Positions 1-17,039 of a DNA stretch of 64,000 nucleotides are shown here, piece after piece. This DNA is from the human T2T-CHM13v2.0 reference genome, Homo sapiens. The position numbers and the translations under genes were made by a program. The notes beneath the pieces are model-generated. The model had not been told where the DNA came from, made no database searches, and was given only the letters and a program-made list of their open reading frames with translations. Each line of letters starts with the position of its first letter. Position 1 is the first letter of the stretch. The stretch lies in assembly GCF_009914755.1 (NCBI RefSeq), contig NC_060927.1; one strand, 5' to 3'.

Positions 1-980
<980 letters not shown>

Positions 981-1179
981 TCAGATCTCACTGTAACTCT
1001 GGAAACTTGCTGCCCACCCATTCTCTTCTAGCCAAAGTCCACTTTTTCCCCTCCAGAGTTACCACAAGGAAAATGAACAGCCTCAATCCTTACCACTCAG
1101 GCAAGATTAAAGAGTTACAGTGCAGCAGAGAGGCAGGACAGGACCACCGTGGGCCAAGCGATCCCAACTCTGCCCAATC

Positions 1180-1541
1180 AGTGGAGGCTGCCTTCTGGAG
1201 GCTGTAGGGGAGGATCAGTTTCCTCACCTCTTCCAGCTTCTAGATGCCGTGGCAATCCTTGGCTCACAGCCCCTTCTTCCATCTTCAAAGCCAGCAACTT
1301 AGCATCTGACCCTTTTTCCACATTACGTCTCTTTCTCTGATCAAACCCAGGAAAGCTTTTCTAATTTTAAGATTCATGTGATTAGACTAGGCCTGCCTGG
1401 ATAATTCAGCACACTCCCCATCTCCAGGTTCTGTACCCTCATCACATCTGCAGAGACCCTTTTGCCATATAAGGAAACATATTCACATGTTCTGGGGATA
1501 AGGGTGCAGACATCTTTGAGGGCCTTTATTCTATCTACCAT
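1180..1541 (-). mobile_element. MaLR LTR (MLT1-like)
   Basis: TTCTGGAGGCTGTAGGGGAGGATC...CTCTTCCAGCTTCTAG...CATATTCACATGTTCTGGGGATAAGG is typical antisense MLT1. Confidence 0.65.
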
Positions 1542-1741
1542 AAGGACACGATCAAAAACATTATAGAGGCATGCCAGGCAATTAATTAATGAAAGTGTTA
1601 TGACATTTTTCTGAATTCTGTGATGTTGTTACTTGTCCTTTTTAATGTCTGTCATTTGTTGTGATTTCTTTTCTCATTCTTTCTTACAAATATTCTCTTC
1701 GGTACATAATTTTGTATTTGTAATTGCGTGTTTTTTAAAAT

Positions 1742-2345
<604 letters not shown>

Positions 2346-2376
2346 TATATTCTTTTTTCTTAAATAGGACTGCCCA

Positions 2377-2700
<324 letters not shown>

Positions 2701-2950
2701 AATAGGACTGCCCAAATTGTGTAAGCCTCAGAACCCACGTAAGCTGACTAAAGGGCACCTCTACTTGCCCATTGACTAACCTGAACACCAGATGAAATTG
2801 CTCTTCCAAACACCACTAGCTGGGGAGTTGGCTCTTGGCTGGGGTTGGTCAGTGCACAGGCCAGTAAGGGAGCTGGGCAAGTGCAGAAGTGGAGACTAGC
2901 TGTGTCCCAGACAGCGACTCTCCGGCTGTGACCCTGGAGAGTCCTTTAGC

Positions 2951-3060
2951 AGGGCAAAGTGCAACATAGGCAGACCTTAAGGGATGACTCAGTAACAGAT
3001 AAGCTTTGTGTGCCTGCAGGGGGATGGGAAGAGGGTGGGGCAGGAGAGGGACATAAAAGG
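2951..3060 (+). promoter_or_regulatory. Candidate liver/gut enhancer or alternative promoter module in NR1I2 intron 1
   Basis: DR1 AGGGCA-A-AGTGCA (2951-2963), TGACTCA (2985-2991), AGATAA (2997-3002) and CATAAAA (3052-3058) within 110 bp of apparently non-repeat DNA; motif evidence only. Confidence 0.4.
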
Positions 3061-4904
3061 GCTCTGAGGCATTGTACTGTGAATTCCTTCAGTCTCCTGC
3101 TCTGCTCAGCCAGTCAGCCCTGCCTCCCTTGTTTAGGACCACACAGCACTGCTGGGTGTCTGCCTTTCCTTGTGACTCTTCTCTAGCCTCTGCATGGCCA
3201 GCAGCCCTCTTCTTTTCTCCTATTCTCTTAAGAAACATGCCCATCACCTGCAGTTTCTCTGGGCTCCCCGTTAATCTGCCTTCCTCATCTCCTAATGCTG
3301 CCTCCTCCCTCCCATTGCCGGTGCCTGGAAATAGTCAAGGCTGGGTTCTGTTCTTTTGCTTGAATTTCTTTCACTTGGCTTCTTGACTCTTTCTAAACTA
3401 CAATCCCCCCATTCTCACTGCCTTAGTTTTCCCTCTCTCTGTGTTTCTCAAACTATATCCCACCACGCCCTGACAAGGGCTTCTCTCCTGTAGATCATCC
3501 CTTTTCTAGTATTTTGCTAGAAATATATAGTGGGATTTTCTCCTTTGCCCTACATCATCACTAAACTTCCCAACCTAATAGGCAGTGTCTTGCACCTTCT
3601 ACTGATCATTTCATTCTTTCTTGCACTAAAGATGACCACTTCCCATGTCTGTACCCAATTCCTGTTTGGCCCAAATGTATCTGCAGCACTCACCCGTGTT
3701 CTCACACTGAGTCTCTAAATATTTGACTCCAAAGGTCACTAGTGGATCACCTCCCTGCCTCTCACTTTCCCCCAAGGCACAAAGTCTTCTCCCAGCACTT
3801 CTCTTTAGTCCTCCTCTTCCTCATGTTTCTTCTGTAGGGGGAGGACCATGTTCAACTTTGTGATTTTTTTCTAGTTTGTAGTTGTGATCTACCCTGTACC
3901 ACTGAGTCATCTCAAATCACTTAAACACTCACACCAAGTGTACCGCACTTCACGGCTTAATCCCCTGTTGATCAGAAAACCCCAGGTCCCTGGAATTGAA
4001 GCAGGGTCTCATTCAGCCTGACATGACCTGAAATTTCTCCCTGACTCCTTTCCCAGCCCCAAGACAGGGGACTTGCAAGAGTCCCATTGTTGAGCCTCCT
4101 TGGAACCCACTGTCTTCCATTGGTCATGTTCCACCCAGCAGGTTCTATCTAGTTCTAATCCTCAATGCTGCTTCGCATCCCTTCCTTGCTCCATTGTCCA
4201 GCCCTGAGCTCACTCAAGCCTTGTACTGCTCTCCCCTTTTCCCTTCCCTCCCAACCCTATTCCTCTCCTCTCTACATACTCCTGGGAGCCTTGCTCCTTC
4301 TGTAGCAGAAACTTCACACACATTTTCTTTCAAATTCTCCTCCATTGCTATCTCCAGTTGCACCGCTCTTCTTCATTTCTTTCCCTCCACATTCAAACTT
4401 GTCTTCTCTGGAGGGCATGCTCTCCTGGGGGCTCCCCCTGGCCCAGCCTCAGCATGGCATCTGCCTTTCTGGTTCCTTCCCACCTTCTCTCTCCTCACTT
4501 CTTGCCCTGCCAGATCTGTCTATGGCAACAGCCCCTGCAGCAGTGCACTCTCCTCTTCCTCTTCATGCCCAAAGCCATGTCAGCCTCTCTCAGCAGCTTC
4601 CATTTTATTGTAGAGACACTAAGCATAGAGAAGTTAGTGAGTAAAGTGAGTTAGTTCAACATCAGTGGCAAGGGCTAGGACATGGCCTCCTGACTATGAC
4701 AACAAGACAATGCCCACTATATCTCCAGCCGCCAGGAGCAAAAAACAAAGTCCTCTGACCTCCAGGAGGCTGCCGGCTAGCTGGGTCCTGTTTGGTCACA
4801 ATCAGTCATTCCCATGTTTATGTGTGTGTCATTCATGGAAGACCTCCCTTCTCCCTTTAATAGGGGATTTGGGGCCTCTTAGCAAATGAAGTAACTGCAC
4901 AAAG

Positions 4905-4907
<3 letters not shown>

Positions 4908-4943
<36 letters not shown>
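4908..4943. repeat. (TG)n microsatellite
   Basis: About 18 TG units. Confidence 0.97.
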
Positions 4944-4947
<4 letters not shown>

Positions 4948-6242
4948 CTTCTCATTCTTATGAAGTCCTAATGCTCCTCCATTACCCCCAAACAAACACA
5001 GGGGATCTTATACTGAAAATCAGCATTCACAGAAAGGAAATGGCCTCATGAGGAAGCAGCAGGAACAATCTGTTTATGGGAGAGCTCAGTGGGCCAGGCA
5101 GGAGGTGTCATGGCCCTTCCTCTGCGTCTACCATACCTCCTTCTTCAAGCTGTTTAGGTGGTGCTCTGGGGTGTCAGCCTCCAGGCATTCAGCTATCGGA
5201 CTCTTACTCTAAAGAGGAAAGGGAAAACTGAGGAAATACAGACAATTATAGAGGAGAAAATGAAAATAATTCCAACCCCAAATTCATCACTATTTCAATT
5301 CTATATATATACATATCTACACACACAGATACATACATACATATCTCTAAAAGATAGCATATACAGGACATTATTATTATTGTAGTTTTAAACCTTCAAT
5401 ATTGTTTTATATGCACCCACATATTTACCCTTTTTAGTTCTCCATATTCCCTCCTGAAGTTCCATGCTCCCCACTGGCTTTTGCCAGGATAACTTTCTTT
5501 GGTATTACTTGTAATGCAAGTATCTGCTGGCAACAAATTCTTCAGTCTTTGTCTGAAAATGTCTTTATTTTGCCTTTACAATAGAAGGATAATTAAACTA
5601 TTGGTCAAATTCTTGGATAGCAATAAAGATATTAACCATTGTCTTTTCTGTTTTACAATTTCAACTGAAAAGTCAACCATTAATCTTAATTTTATTTCTT
5701 TGTGGTTAATTTTTTTTTTCTGGGTATTTGTAAGATTAGTTTTCTTGTCATCGATTCCCAGCAATTTTACGATGTGTGGGTAGGTATGTGTGTTTTTAAT
5801 CCTTTCATTGGTTTCAAAAACTTCTTGGCAAGTGTGCTTTCCCAGATTGCTTCTGTCCGATTCTTGTGTCCGTAACATATGTTAGGCTATTTCACTGAGT
5901 CTCGTGTGTCTCTTACGCCCTGTTCTTTTCTTAATGCTCTTTTTTGTTTGTTTCTGTGCTTCGGTTTATATATTTTCTGTTGACCTAATTTTGAACTCAC
6001 TATCACTGTCTGTTGCTGATTCAATCTGTTGTTAAAACATCCAATGAGTTGTCAGTTTCAGATATTGTACTATTAATTTCTGGAATGTCCAGAAATGTCC
6101 AGTTGATTATTTTTAAAAATAGCATTATTGAGAGATACCTTATGTATCATAAAGTCTAATCATTTAAGTGAACAATTGAATAACTGTTAGTATATTTAGA
6201 GTTGTGCAGCTATCATCAAAATCTAATTCCAGGACATTTCTA

Positions 6243-6443
<201 letters not shown>

Positions 6444-7426
6444 TCAGCCACAGGCAACCACGAATCTACTTTCTCTATGGATTTGCCTTTCCTGGACATT
6501 TAATATAAGCGGAACTATACAAAATGCGGTCTTTGGGTATACTTCTTTCACTTAGAATGTTTTCAAGGTTCATCTGTGCTGTAGCATCTATCCTTCATTC
6601 TTTTAAACCGCTGAATAGAATTTCATTGTATATTAGTATTCCAGGTGCATTCCACATTTTATTGATCCACGAACCGGTTGATGAATATGTGGGTCGGGTT
6701 TTGGGCTATTATGAATAATGCTGCTATGAACATTTGTGTGCAGTTTTTGTGTGTGGGCATAGGTTTTCATTTCTCTTGGGTGGATATGTAGAAGTGGAAT
6801 TGCTGAGTTATGGTGAATGTGTTTAACATTTTAGGTAACTGAGCAATTGTTTTCTTAAGTGGCTGCACCATTTTACACTCCTGCTAGCAGTGCATAAGGG
6901 CTCAGTTTCTCCACATTATTGCCGATTCTTACCTCTTTTTGATTTGTAGCCATTCTTGTGTATTGTAAGATGTATTTCTTTGTGGTTTCAATTTGCCTTG
7001 CTCTAATAATCAATATTCTTGAGTATATTTTCACATGTTTATTGGTCATTCATAGCTTCTTTGGTGAAATATCTATTTTAATCTTTTGTTCATTTTTAAA
7101 TTGGGTTATTTGTATTTATATTATTGAGTTGTAAGAGTTCTTCATATATTCTGGATACAAGTCCCTTATGGGATATGTGATTTTTAAAATATTTTCTGTC
7201 TGTGTCTTATCTTTCTACTTTCTTAATAGTGTAGAAAGCACAAACATTTTCAATTTCAATGAAGTTCAATTTATCAACTTTTTTGTGCCATATTTTTTTT
7301 GATTAAAAAACAAACAAACACAAACAAAAAAAAACTTTTAAAAGACAGGAATAGAATAAGTCTTCCGAATGTAATATGACAATCTGTCTTACCAACCACC
7401 AGTAATATGCTTTATAAGGAAAACTA

Positions 7427-7739
7427 GGCTGGGTGTGGTGGTTCATGCCTCTAATTCCAGCATTTTGGGAGGCTGAGGGGCATGGATCACCTAAGGTCAG
7501 GAATTTGAGACCAGCCTGGCCAACATGGTGAAACCCCGTCTCTACTAAAAATACAAAAATTAGCTGGGCGTGGTGGCAGGCACCTGTAATCCCAGCTACT
7601 CAGGAGACTGAGGCAGGAGAATCGCTTGAACCTGGGAGGCAGAGGTTGTGCACCACTGCACTCCAGCCTGCGTGATGAGACTTTGTCTCAAAAAACAAAC
7701 AAACAAACAAACAAACACACACACACACACACACACACA
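7427..7739 (+). mobile_element. Alu (S-like) with an (AAAC)n/(CA)n tail
   Basis: Dimer with a small internal deletion; the tail has turned into microsatellites at 7690-7739. Confidence 0.9.
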
Positions 7740-9339
7740 AAGACATATAATACCCGAAGCCTTCACGCTTTTGGTGTCATATCTAAGAAATCTTTCCCTA
7801 ACCATAAGAACTTATTCCTGTTTTCTTCTCAGAGTTTTATAGTTATAGCTCTTACATTTAGGTCTATGATTTTGTGATCCATTTTGAGTAAATTTTTGTG
7901 TATGGCACGAGATAAGAGCTTTAATTCATCTTGCATGTGAATATCCAATTTTCCAAGCACCTTTTTTTAGCAAAGCTGGCCTTTCCTCCATTGAATTGCC
8001 TTGCATTTTTACCAGAGATCAATTAATGATAATAGTAAGGGTTTATTTCTTGAATCTCAATTATGACCCATCAATCTCTATATCTGTCTTTATACTAATG
8101 CCACATTATCTTGGTTATTTTAGCTTTGTTGTAAGTTTTGAAATCAAAAAGTGTAAGTCCTCCAACTTTGTTATTCTCTTCCAACATTATTTTGGCTATT
8201 ATGGGTCTTTTACTTTTCCATAGATCACAGTTCTCCTTTGAAGCTTTTCTTGCCTTCATCCCTTTGTCTATATTATCTTCCATTTATTTTTCATTAATCA
8301 TAGGGTGTTTTTTGGTCGTTTTTTTCCCCTTTTTGTGGAGAATGCGGTCTTGCTGTATTACCCAGGCAGGTCTTGAACTCCTGGGCTCAAGCCCTTCAGA
8401 GCGTATAGGACAAGATGCCTCTGGATGTGGTCAGAGTGGCAGTAAGGTTCCTCGGTCCATTCTTCTATAGCTGGAATTGAAATGGCAAGAAAAGGAGTGA
8501 GGGTCTTAGGGAATCACTTCCTGCCTGGGAACAGAGAGCTACATTAAAGGAGTCCCATGGCATGGAGGGACCCTGTCTGGGGTGAACCACCTAGGAAAAA
8601 GTTTGCAGGCAATCATGGAAATGAAGAAAGTTTAATAAACGGTTTACCCACTCAAAGACAAACCTTGTGAAGGATGCAGCATAGCACTGAATTAAGAACA
8701 CAGGTTTTGGAGTCAGACTGACATGGGTTGAGATTCTGGCTCCACCTCCTCCCAGCTAAATAATGTCAATGAATCACTCACCTGAAGAGGAGAGGGGCTG
8801 TGTGTGCTCAGTGCAGCCTGACAGTGCCTTCAGCAAACTGACAATTTTAGTCACGTAGAAAGACTAAATTCATTGATTTATTCACTCATTTATTAAATAA
8901 ATGAATTATATTCTTCCTTTCTGAGAACGTAGTCCTTAGCTTTAATACTTACCCTGCATACCGGATTTTACAATTAATTATCTTTGCAAAGCCCTCTCTG
9001 AAGAAGCGTTTACTTTCACTCAGTACAGGAGATGATCCTTTCAACCCTCTTCTGATGAGATTTCACCGATTACTAAGCACCGTGAGAAGCAGGTGGAGCC
9101 CTCAGAAGCAAACACAGTTGTATTCAGTTAAAAGTACACATCTAATTGGTCTCCCTAAATTTGCATGAAAGAGAGATGTAGCTGGCACACCTCAGACACC
9201 CAGTCACTGTCATTTTCCTGCCCAGAGGGCAACATTCTGTAAAGGAACAGTGATGGAAGAGTGGCATGGGAGCAGGACTGCAGCTGCTGGGCTGGCTCCC
9301 CCATCACCACAGTTCAGATCTATTTCTAACCCAACTCCA

Positions 9340-9890
9340 GGGGTTCCACTTCCATTATTTCTTGCCGTGTAACAAATCTCCCCTAAACTCACTGGATTAA
9401 ACCCACCACTGTTTCATTTTCTGACATGATTTTCTGTGTCGGCTGGGCTCAGCTGGGGAGTTCTTCTGCATCACAGGACCTTGGCCGAGGCTGCAGTCAC
9501 CTGGAGGCATAATTGGGCTGGGGAGTCCAAGAGGGCTCACTCACACATCTGCTGTTTGGTGAGGGCGGCCGGGAGGCTGGGGTGGCTGGTCCTGTCTCAT
9601 CGGTGCGATCTCAGGCCTCTCCCTCTTCACATGGCCTCTCCGCATGGTCTCTTTGGGTGGTCACTGAGCAGGGTAGCCAGACTTTGTTGCATGGTGGCTT
9701 AGGGCTCTCCAAAGACAAAAGCAGAAGCTACCAGGCTTCTTATAGCGTAGGCCCAGAATTGTCTCTTCCCCACATTCTATTAACTAAGCAAGTCACAGAC
9801 CATCCTAGACTCATTATGGGAGGGGGCTGCACAAGGGTGTGAATCTTTCGGGGCATGGCTCCTGGGGGCCACCTTGGATAACAGCTGTAA
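9340..9890 (-). mobile_element. MaLR LTR (old MLT1-like)
   Basis: GTGTAACAAATCTCCCCTAAACTC...GGCTCACTCACACATCT...CACATGGCCTCTCC...CCACATTCTATT pattern. Confidence 0.6.
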
Positions 9891-10621
9891 TGGGTTCTCT
9901 AGCGGGGGCTTCATAAGCATATGAGAGAAGGAACTACAGAATGTGCCAGAGTCGGCTTGCTTAACACTTGGGCAAAACAAAATGAAAGTTATACAAATAC
10001 TGCGGAATGAGATTCTAGCATTAATTCTACTATCTCCTCATTAAGAAATTGGGGAAAGTGTAAATTAGACATGATTTAAGTAAATGTCTTTTTTCTGGTC
10101 CTTTGGTGACATTTCTTTTATCTTCTTGGTCCATGTCACCTGTGGGCTTCTCCTGTGATTCATGTAGTCATGTTGTACTTGTCACTTCCATTATGGGGAA
10201 GAGCATTTATATTTATTGCGAGAAAGCAGCATCTCACCATCTTCAATTGTCCAAAGTTCACAATTGATGTGCAGAATCTTTGCCAACTGTCTCCATTGCC
10301 CCAGGTGCTGCTATCCCTCATGGCTCCTGAATGATGCTGAAAATGTAAGGGAGGTTGGTCTCTTCTAATGTACACTCTGAAATACTATCCTGCTAATAAC
10401 ATTTTCTCTGCCTGCCTGTGATGCTCTTTGATTTTGGAACACTCTTTGTGTCTGTGAACAGTTAGAGGGTTATGTAAAGTCCCTGGGTTTTTGTCATAAG
10501 AGTGACTTCCAAGTTATTTGGAATACATAACAGAATATATCTGGTGTGTAGTAGATGCTCAACACATGTCTGTTGAGCAATATGATAAATGCTATGATGA
10601 TTGTTATGAGGAATAAATGAG

Positions 10622-11332
10622 TGCCATGTTCTGAATGTTTATGTTTCCCCCAAATTCGTATGTTAAAATCCTCATCCCCAGTGTGATGGCTTTAGAAGAT
10701 GGGGACTTTGGGGGGTGATTGGGTCATGAGGGTAGAACCCTCATGATTGAGTTAGTGTCCTCATGAATGAGACCCCAGAGGCCGGGTGTGGTGGCTCATG
10801 CCTGTAATCCCAGCACTTTGGGAGTCTGAGGCAGGTGATCACTTGAGCCCAGAAGTTGCAGACAAGCCTGGGCAATATGGGGAAACCCTGCCTCTACTAA
10901 AAATGAAAAAAAAAAAGTAGCTGGGTATGGTGGCATGCACCTGTAGTCCCAGGAGGCTGAGTTGGAGGATCGCTTGAGTCCAGGAGATAGAGGCTGCAAT
11001 GAGCTGAGATCACACCACTGAACTCCAGCCTGGGTGGCAGAGTTTTTTCTTTTCTTTCTTTTTTTTTTCTGTCTCAAAAGAGAGAGAGAGAGCGAGAGAG
11101 ATAGAGAGGTCCCAGAGACCCAAAGAGCTAGCTGGCTAGCCCCTTTCACTATATGAGGACAGAGGGAGAAAGTGCCATAGATGACAGGAAGCAGGCTCTT
11201 ACCAGACATTGAATCTACCAGTGCCTTAATCTTGGACTTCTCAGCCTCCAGAACCATGAGAGATAAATTTCTGTTGTTTATAAGCCACTCAGTTTCCGAT
11301 ATTTTGTTATGGCAACCTGAATGCACTAAGAC
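10622..11332 (+). mobile_element. MaLR LTR (MLT1A/MST-like) split by an Alu at ~10780-11080 with a (GA)n tail
   Basis: TG...CCCCCAAATTCGTATGTT start; CTTGGACTTCTCAGCCTCCAGAACCATGAGAGATAAATTTCTGTTGTTTATAAGCCAC...CTAAGACA end; Alu flanked by GAGACCCCAGAG and GAGGTCCCAGAG. Confidence 0.8.
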
Positions 11333-11446
11333 AATGAGTGACCTTTTACAAAGGACCTGAATAATCATTATTTTCCATTTTGGTATCTGTTCCATCCCAT
11401 ATTCTCTAATACAAAATCTGTCCCAAAACACTAATCCTGAACCTAA

Positions 11447-14312
<2,866 letters not shown>

Positions 14313-14978
14313 TACAGCTCTATTAATAGGCACAAGTTCTTCAATATTCACTGAGACCCCAGCTCTGCTGGGACCACAGGCCATTTTTCTTCCCATGTTG
14401 TGATCTTGCCCACCATGCCTCCACTTTTTCCCCATCTGCCTGGCTACTTAGTTGAAAACTCTTTCTGCTCAGCCTTTCTAGCTCCCTGTGGGAGCTTGGG
14501 CCACACCCCACCTGAAAGACTATCCTCCCTCAATGTCCCCAGTCCCAGAAATCATCTTGAACAAGTAATCTGTCCATGAGCTGCTCCCCATTCAGACCTC
14601 TGGCCAGGTTGTGGCCTCCTAACCTCAGTCCACTCAGCTGTGGCCTCCATGATCCGACCCAGACAGCCTGCTCTCTTTTCTTCTCATTTCTTCCTCCCTC
14701 TTACCCTTATCTTTCCCATGCTCCTGTTCACATGTTCTACTCCAGGGCTCTATTTTTGTGTACAAAATGTCATGATTACAGCTCTCTTTATAACAATTCC
14801 AACCCCCATTCCCCGCTTTTTTTCCCCATGAGAGGTCAGCTCCCGAGTTCACAGGCCCAAATGTGAGTGATGCATAGAAGGGACAGAGTGTTTCCTCTGA
14901 GGCCTCTACACATCCCTGTCCAGTCTTTTCATTCTCTGTGGTTTTCTCATTTCTAGTCCAAGAGGCCCAGAAGCAAAC

Positions 14979-15175
14979 CTGGAGGTGAGACCCAAAGAAA
15001 GCTGGAACCATGCTGACTTTGTACACTGTGAGGACACAGAGTCTGTTCCTGGAAAGCCCAGTGTCAACGCAGATGAGGAAGTCGGAGGTCCCCAAATCTG
15101 CCGTGTATGTGGGGACAAGGCCACTGGCTATCACTTCAATGTCATGACATGTGAAGGATGCAAGGGCTTTTTCAG
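14979..15175 (+). CDS. NR1I2: PXR coding exon 2 (exon starts at 14957; CTG initiation; first zinc finger)
   Basis: ttctag acceptor 14951-56; (L/M)[65 protein letters not shown]; P-box CEGCKG; donor AG|gtaga. Confidence 0.98.
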
Positions 15176-15829
15176 GTAGAGTTACCCATCAGCCTTCACC
15201 CACGTGCCACCACTGACCCACTGGGTAACATCTCAGGGCCTCAGCTTGACCTATCCCCCAGGTTCAGAGTGTGGGCTGGTGGCCCACCCAAAGGCCTTGT
15301 AATTAGTCTCAAGGGAGCCATTTATATCCCAGAGGAATCCTTCATCTTCAGTCTTCCTGTTCTACCCAGGAAAGGTCTCCTTCCATTAAGATATCCCTTG
15401 GTTTCTCCATGTGCTCTTGAATAAAATGGAAAATGACTCAGTGAAAGATAAGGAATTTGAAAATCCCAAATCCAAGTGTTCACATCCGCCTTCTGGGGTG
15501 GTTGTTACATAAAGAATGGCATAAAATAAATGCTCAGACCATGGGAAGAGAAACAGACCGAAGGGAGGGGAAGGGTGGGGAGGGGAGAAAGCCATGTGTG
15601 AGGAAGCACTCCAGGTGCACCCTCCGGAGGGCACAGGGTATGCAAGGAGCAGCTCCCATCTCGGGAGCCACATGTGGGACCCTCATGCATTCCCAAGACA
15701 GCCAGCCTGACAGCCCTTTGCAGAGTTCTTCGTGGTGGCTGGGCATTCAAATGGAAAAGGGCAGGTTCCAGGGAGAAATGAACATTCGTGTTGCATGAGT
15801 TATAACAGGGGTGAGACACATCAGCAGTG

Positions 15830-16230
15830 TCAGACTGGGTTCAGCTACAAGTCACAGGACACTTGTCGCCAATTGGTTTGGCAATAAGGAAAATGTGTTA
15901 CCTCTCCTAACAGGAAGTCTGAAGGCCTCCAGGTTAGTGAGTTCAGCAGCTCATTTCTTTCCATTTTTCTCTTCAGCCATCCCACCTGAGAGCTCTGATT
16001 GCAGTCTGGCTCCCCTTGTGGGGGCACAGTGCTGGGGCCCCAGGCAGGAATCATTATGTTCAGCAGAAGCGCACAAAGGCCCATCTTTGAGAGTAAGGAA
16101 ATCTTTCCCAGGAGTCCCCTCACATTGGCTAGAGCCGGGCCCAGCCTATGCCTGAACTAGTCACTAGCAAAGAGCAGCAGGTATGTCCCTGAGCTGGGCA
16201 CACGCCACTTGACTGTGTGGAAGAGGGTGG
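15830..16230. mobile_element. Degenerate MaLR-LTR-like relic in intron 2
   Basis: TTTCCCAGGAGTCCCCTCACATTGGCTAGAGC-type motifs; by eye only. Confidence 0.35.
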
Positions 16231-16377
16231 ATGTCTGCACCAGCTCCAGATGCTGCTGGCACAGAAGAGGCTGCCCAAGCAGTGTTCGTGCATCCTGCCT
16301 CAGCATGCAGGAATCTTCTGCTCTCCCTTCCTCATTTGGGTACTATTCCTGGGACTCTCAGAAAAAGGCAACATGTT

Positions 16378-16600
16378 GTAGTGGGCAAAAGCTAAATCCA
16401 GTATCAGGCAGACCTGGATTCAAATTTCAGCTTGTCATGTACCTGGAGGACAGCTGGGGATCCATCGTCTCCAAGCCTCAGTCTCCCTCATCTGTGCTAG
16501 GCAGATGAGATTATGAGTTTCACAGGGTTTTAGAACTAAATTTACAAAACTGCAAAATACCTAGCCTAGCATCTGATACATAGCATACCTTTAAATAATG
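16378..16600 (+). mobile_element. MIR
   Basis: CAGACCTGGATTCAAAT...AAGCCTCAGTCTCCCTCATCTGT core. Confidence 0.7.
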
Positions 16601-17039
16601 TGAGCCCCGGTTTCATCTTTTACCCATTCTCAGTGGACTTCGATGTAGCATCAGAGCTTTCTTACCCAGGCCAGTTGGGAAGGCAAAAGGCAGGGATGGC
16701 ATCTGTGAAGAACATGCCCCTGGGCTGGTCACTGGTCCGAGGCCCGAGGCCTCCAAGCTCAAACCTGCCAGGTCACTGCGGGCTTGGCTCAGCTTCCCAG
16801 GCCTGCCCTCGGGGACCTCTGCAGCCCTACCTGGCTGTTCCATGCTCCTGGGCCAGCCTTCCCTCAGTTTCCACTCTGGACCAGAATCAGAGGCCAGAGC
16901 CAAGGGAGAGATTGTTTCTTTCCATCCAGCTGTGGAGATGGGGAAAGTAAAGGTAGGGCTGCACTGACCGTGTCTTTTGTGGGACAGGCAGGACTTCCGG
17001 GCTGGGAGGAGGAGATCTTGTACCAGAGTCTCCAAAAGG

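Noticed and set aside
4194-4654. Three stacked ORFs in a pyrimidine-rich tract
   Set aside because: Low-complexity S/P/L/F translations, probably a decayed L2-like relic
10796-11431. 211-aa minus-strand ORF, and the many other ORFs containing LECSG, QAGVQW or PGWS motifs
   Set aside because: Translations of Alu and LTR sequence, with no independent gene structure
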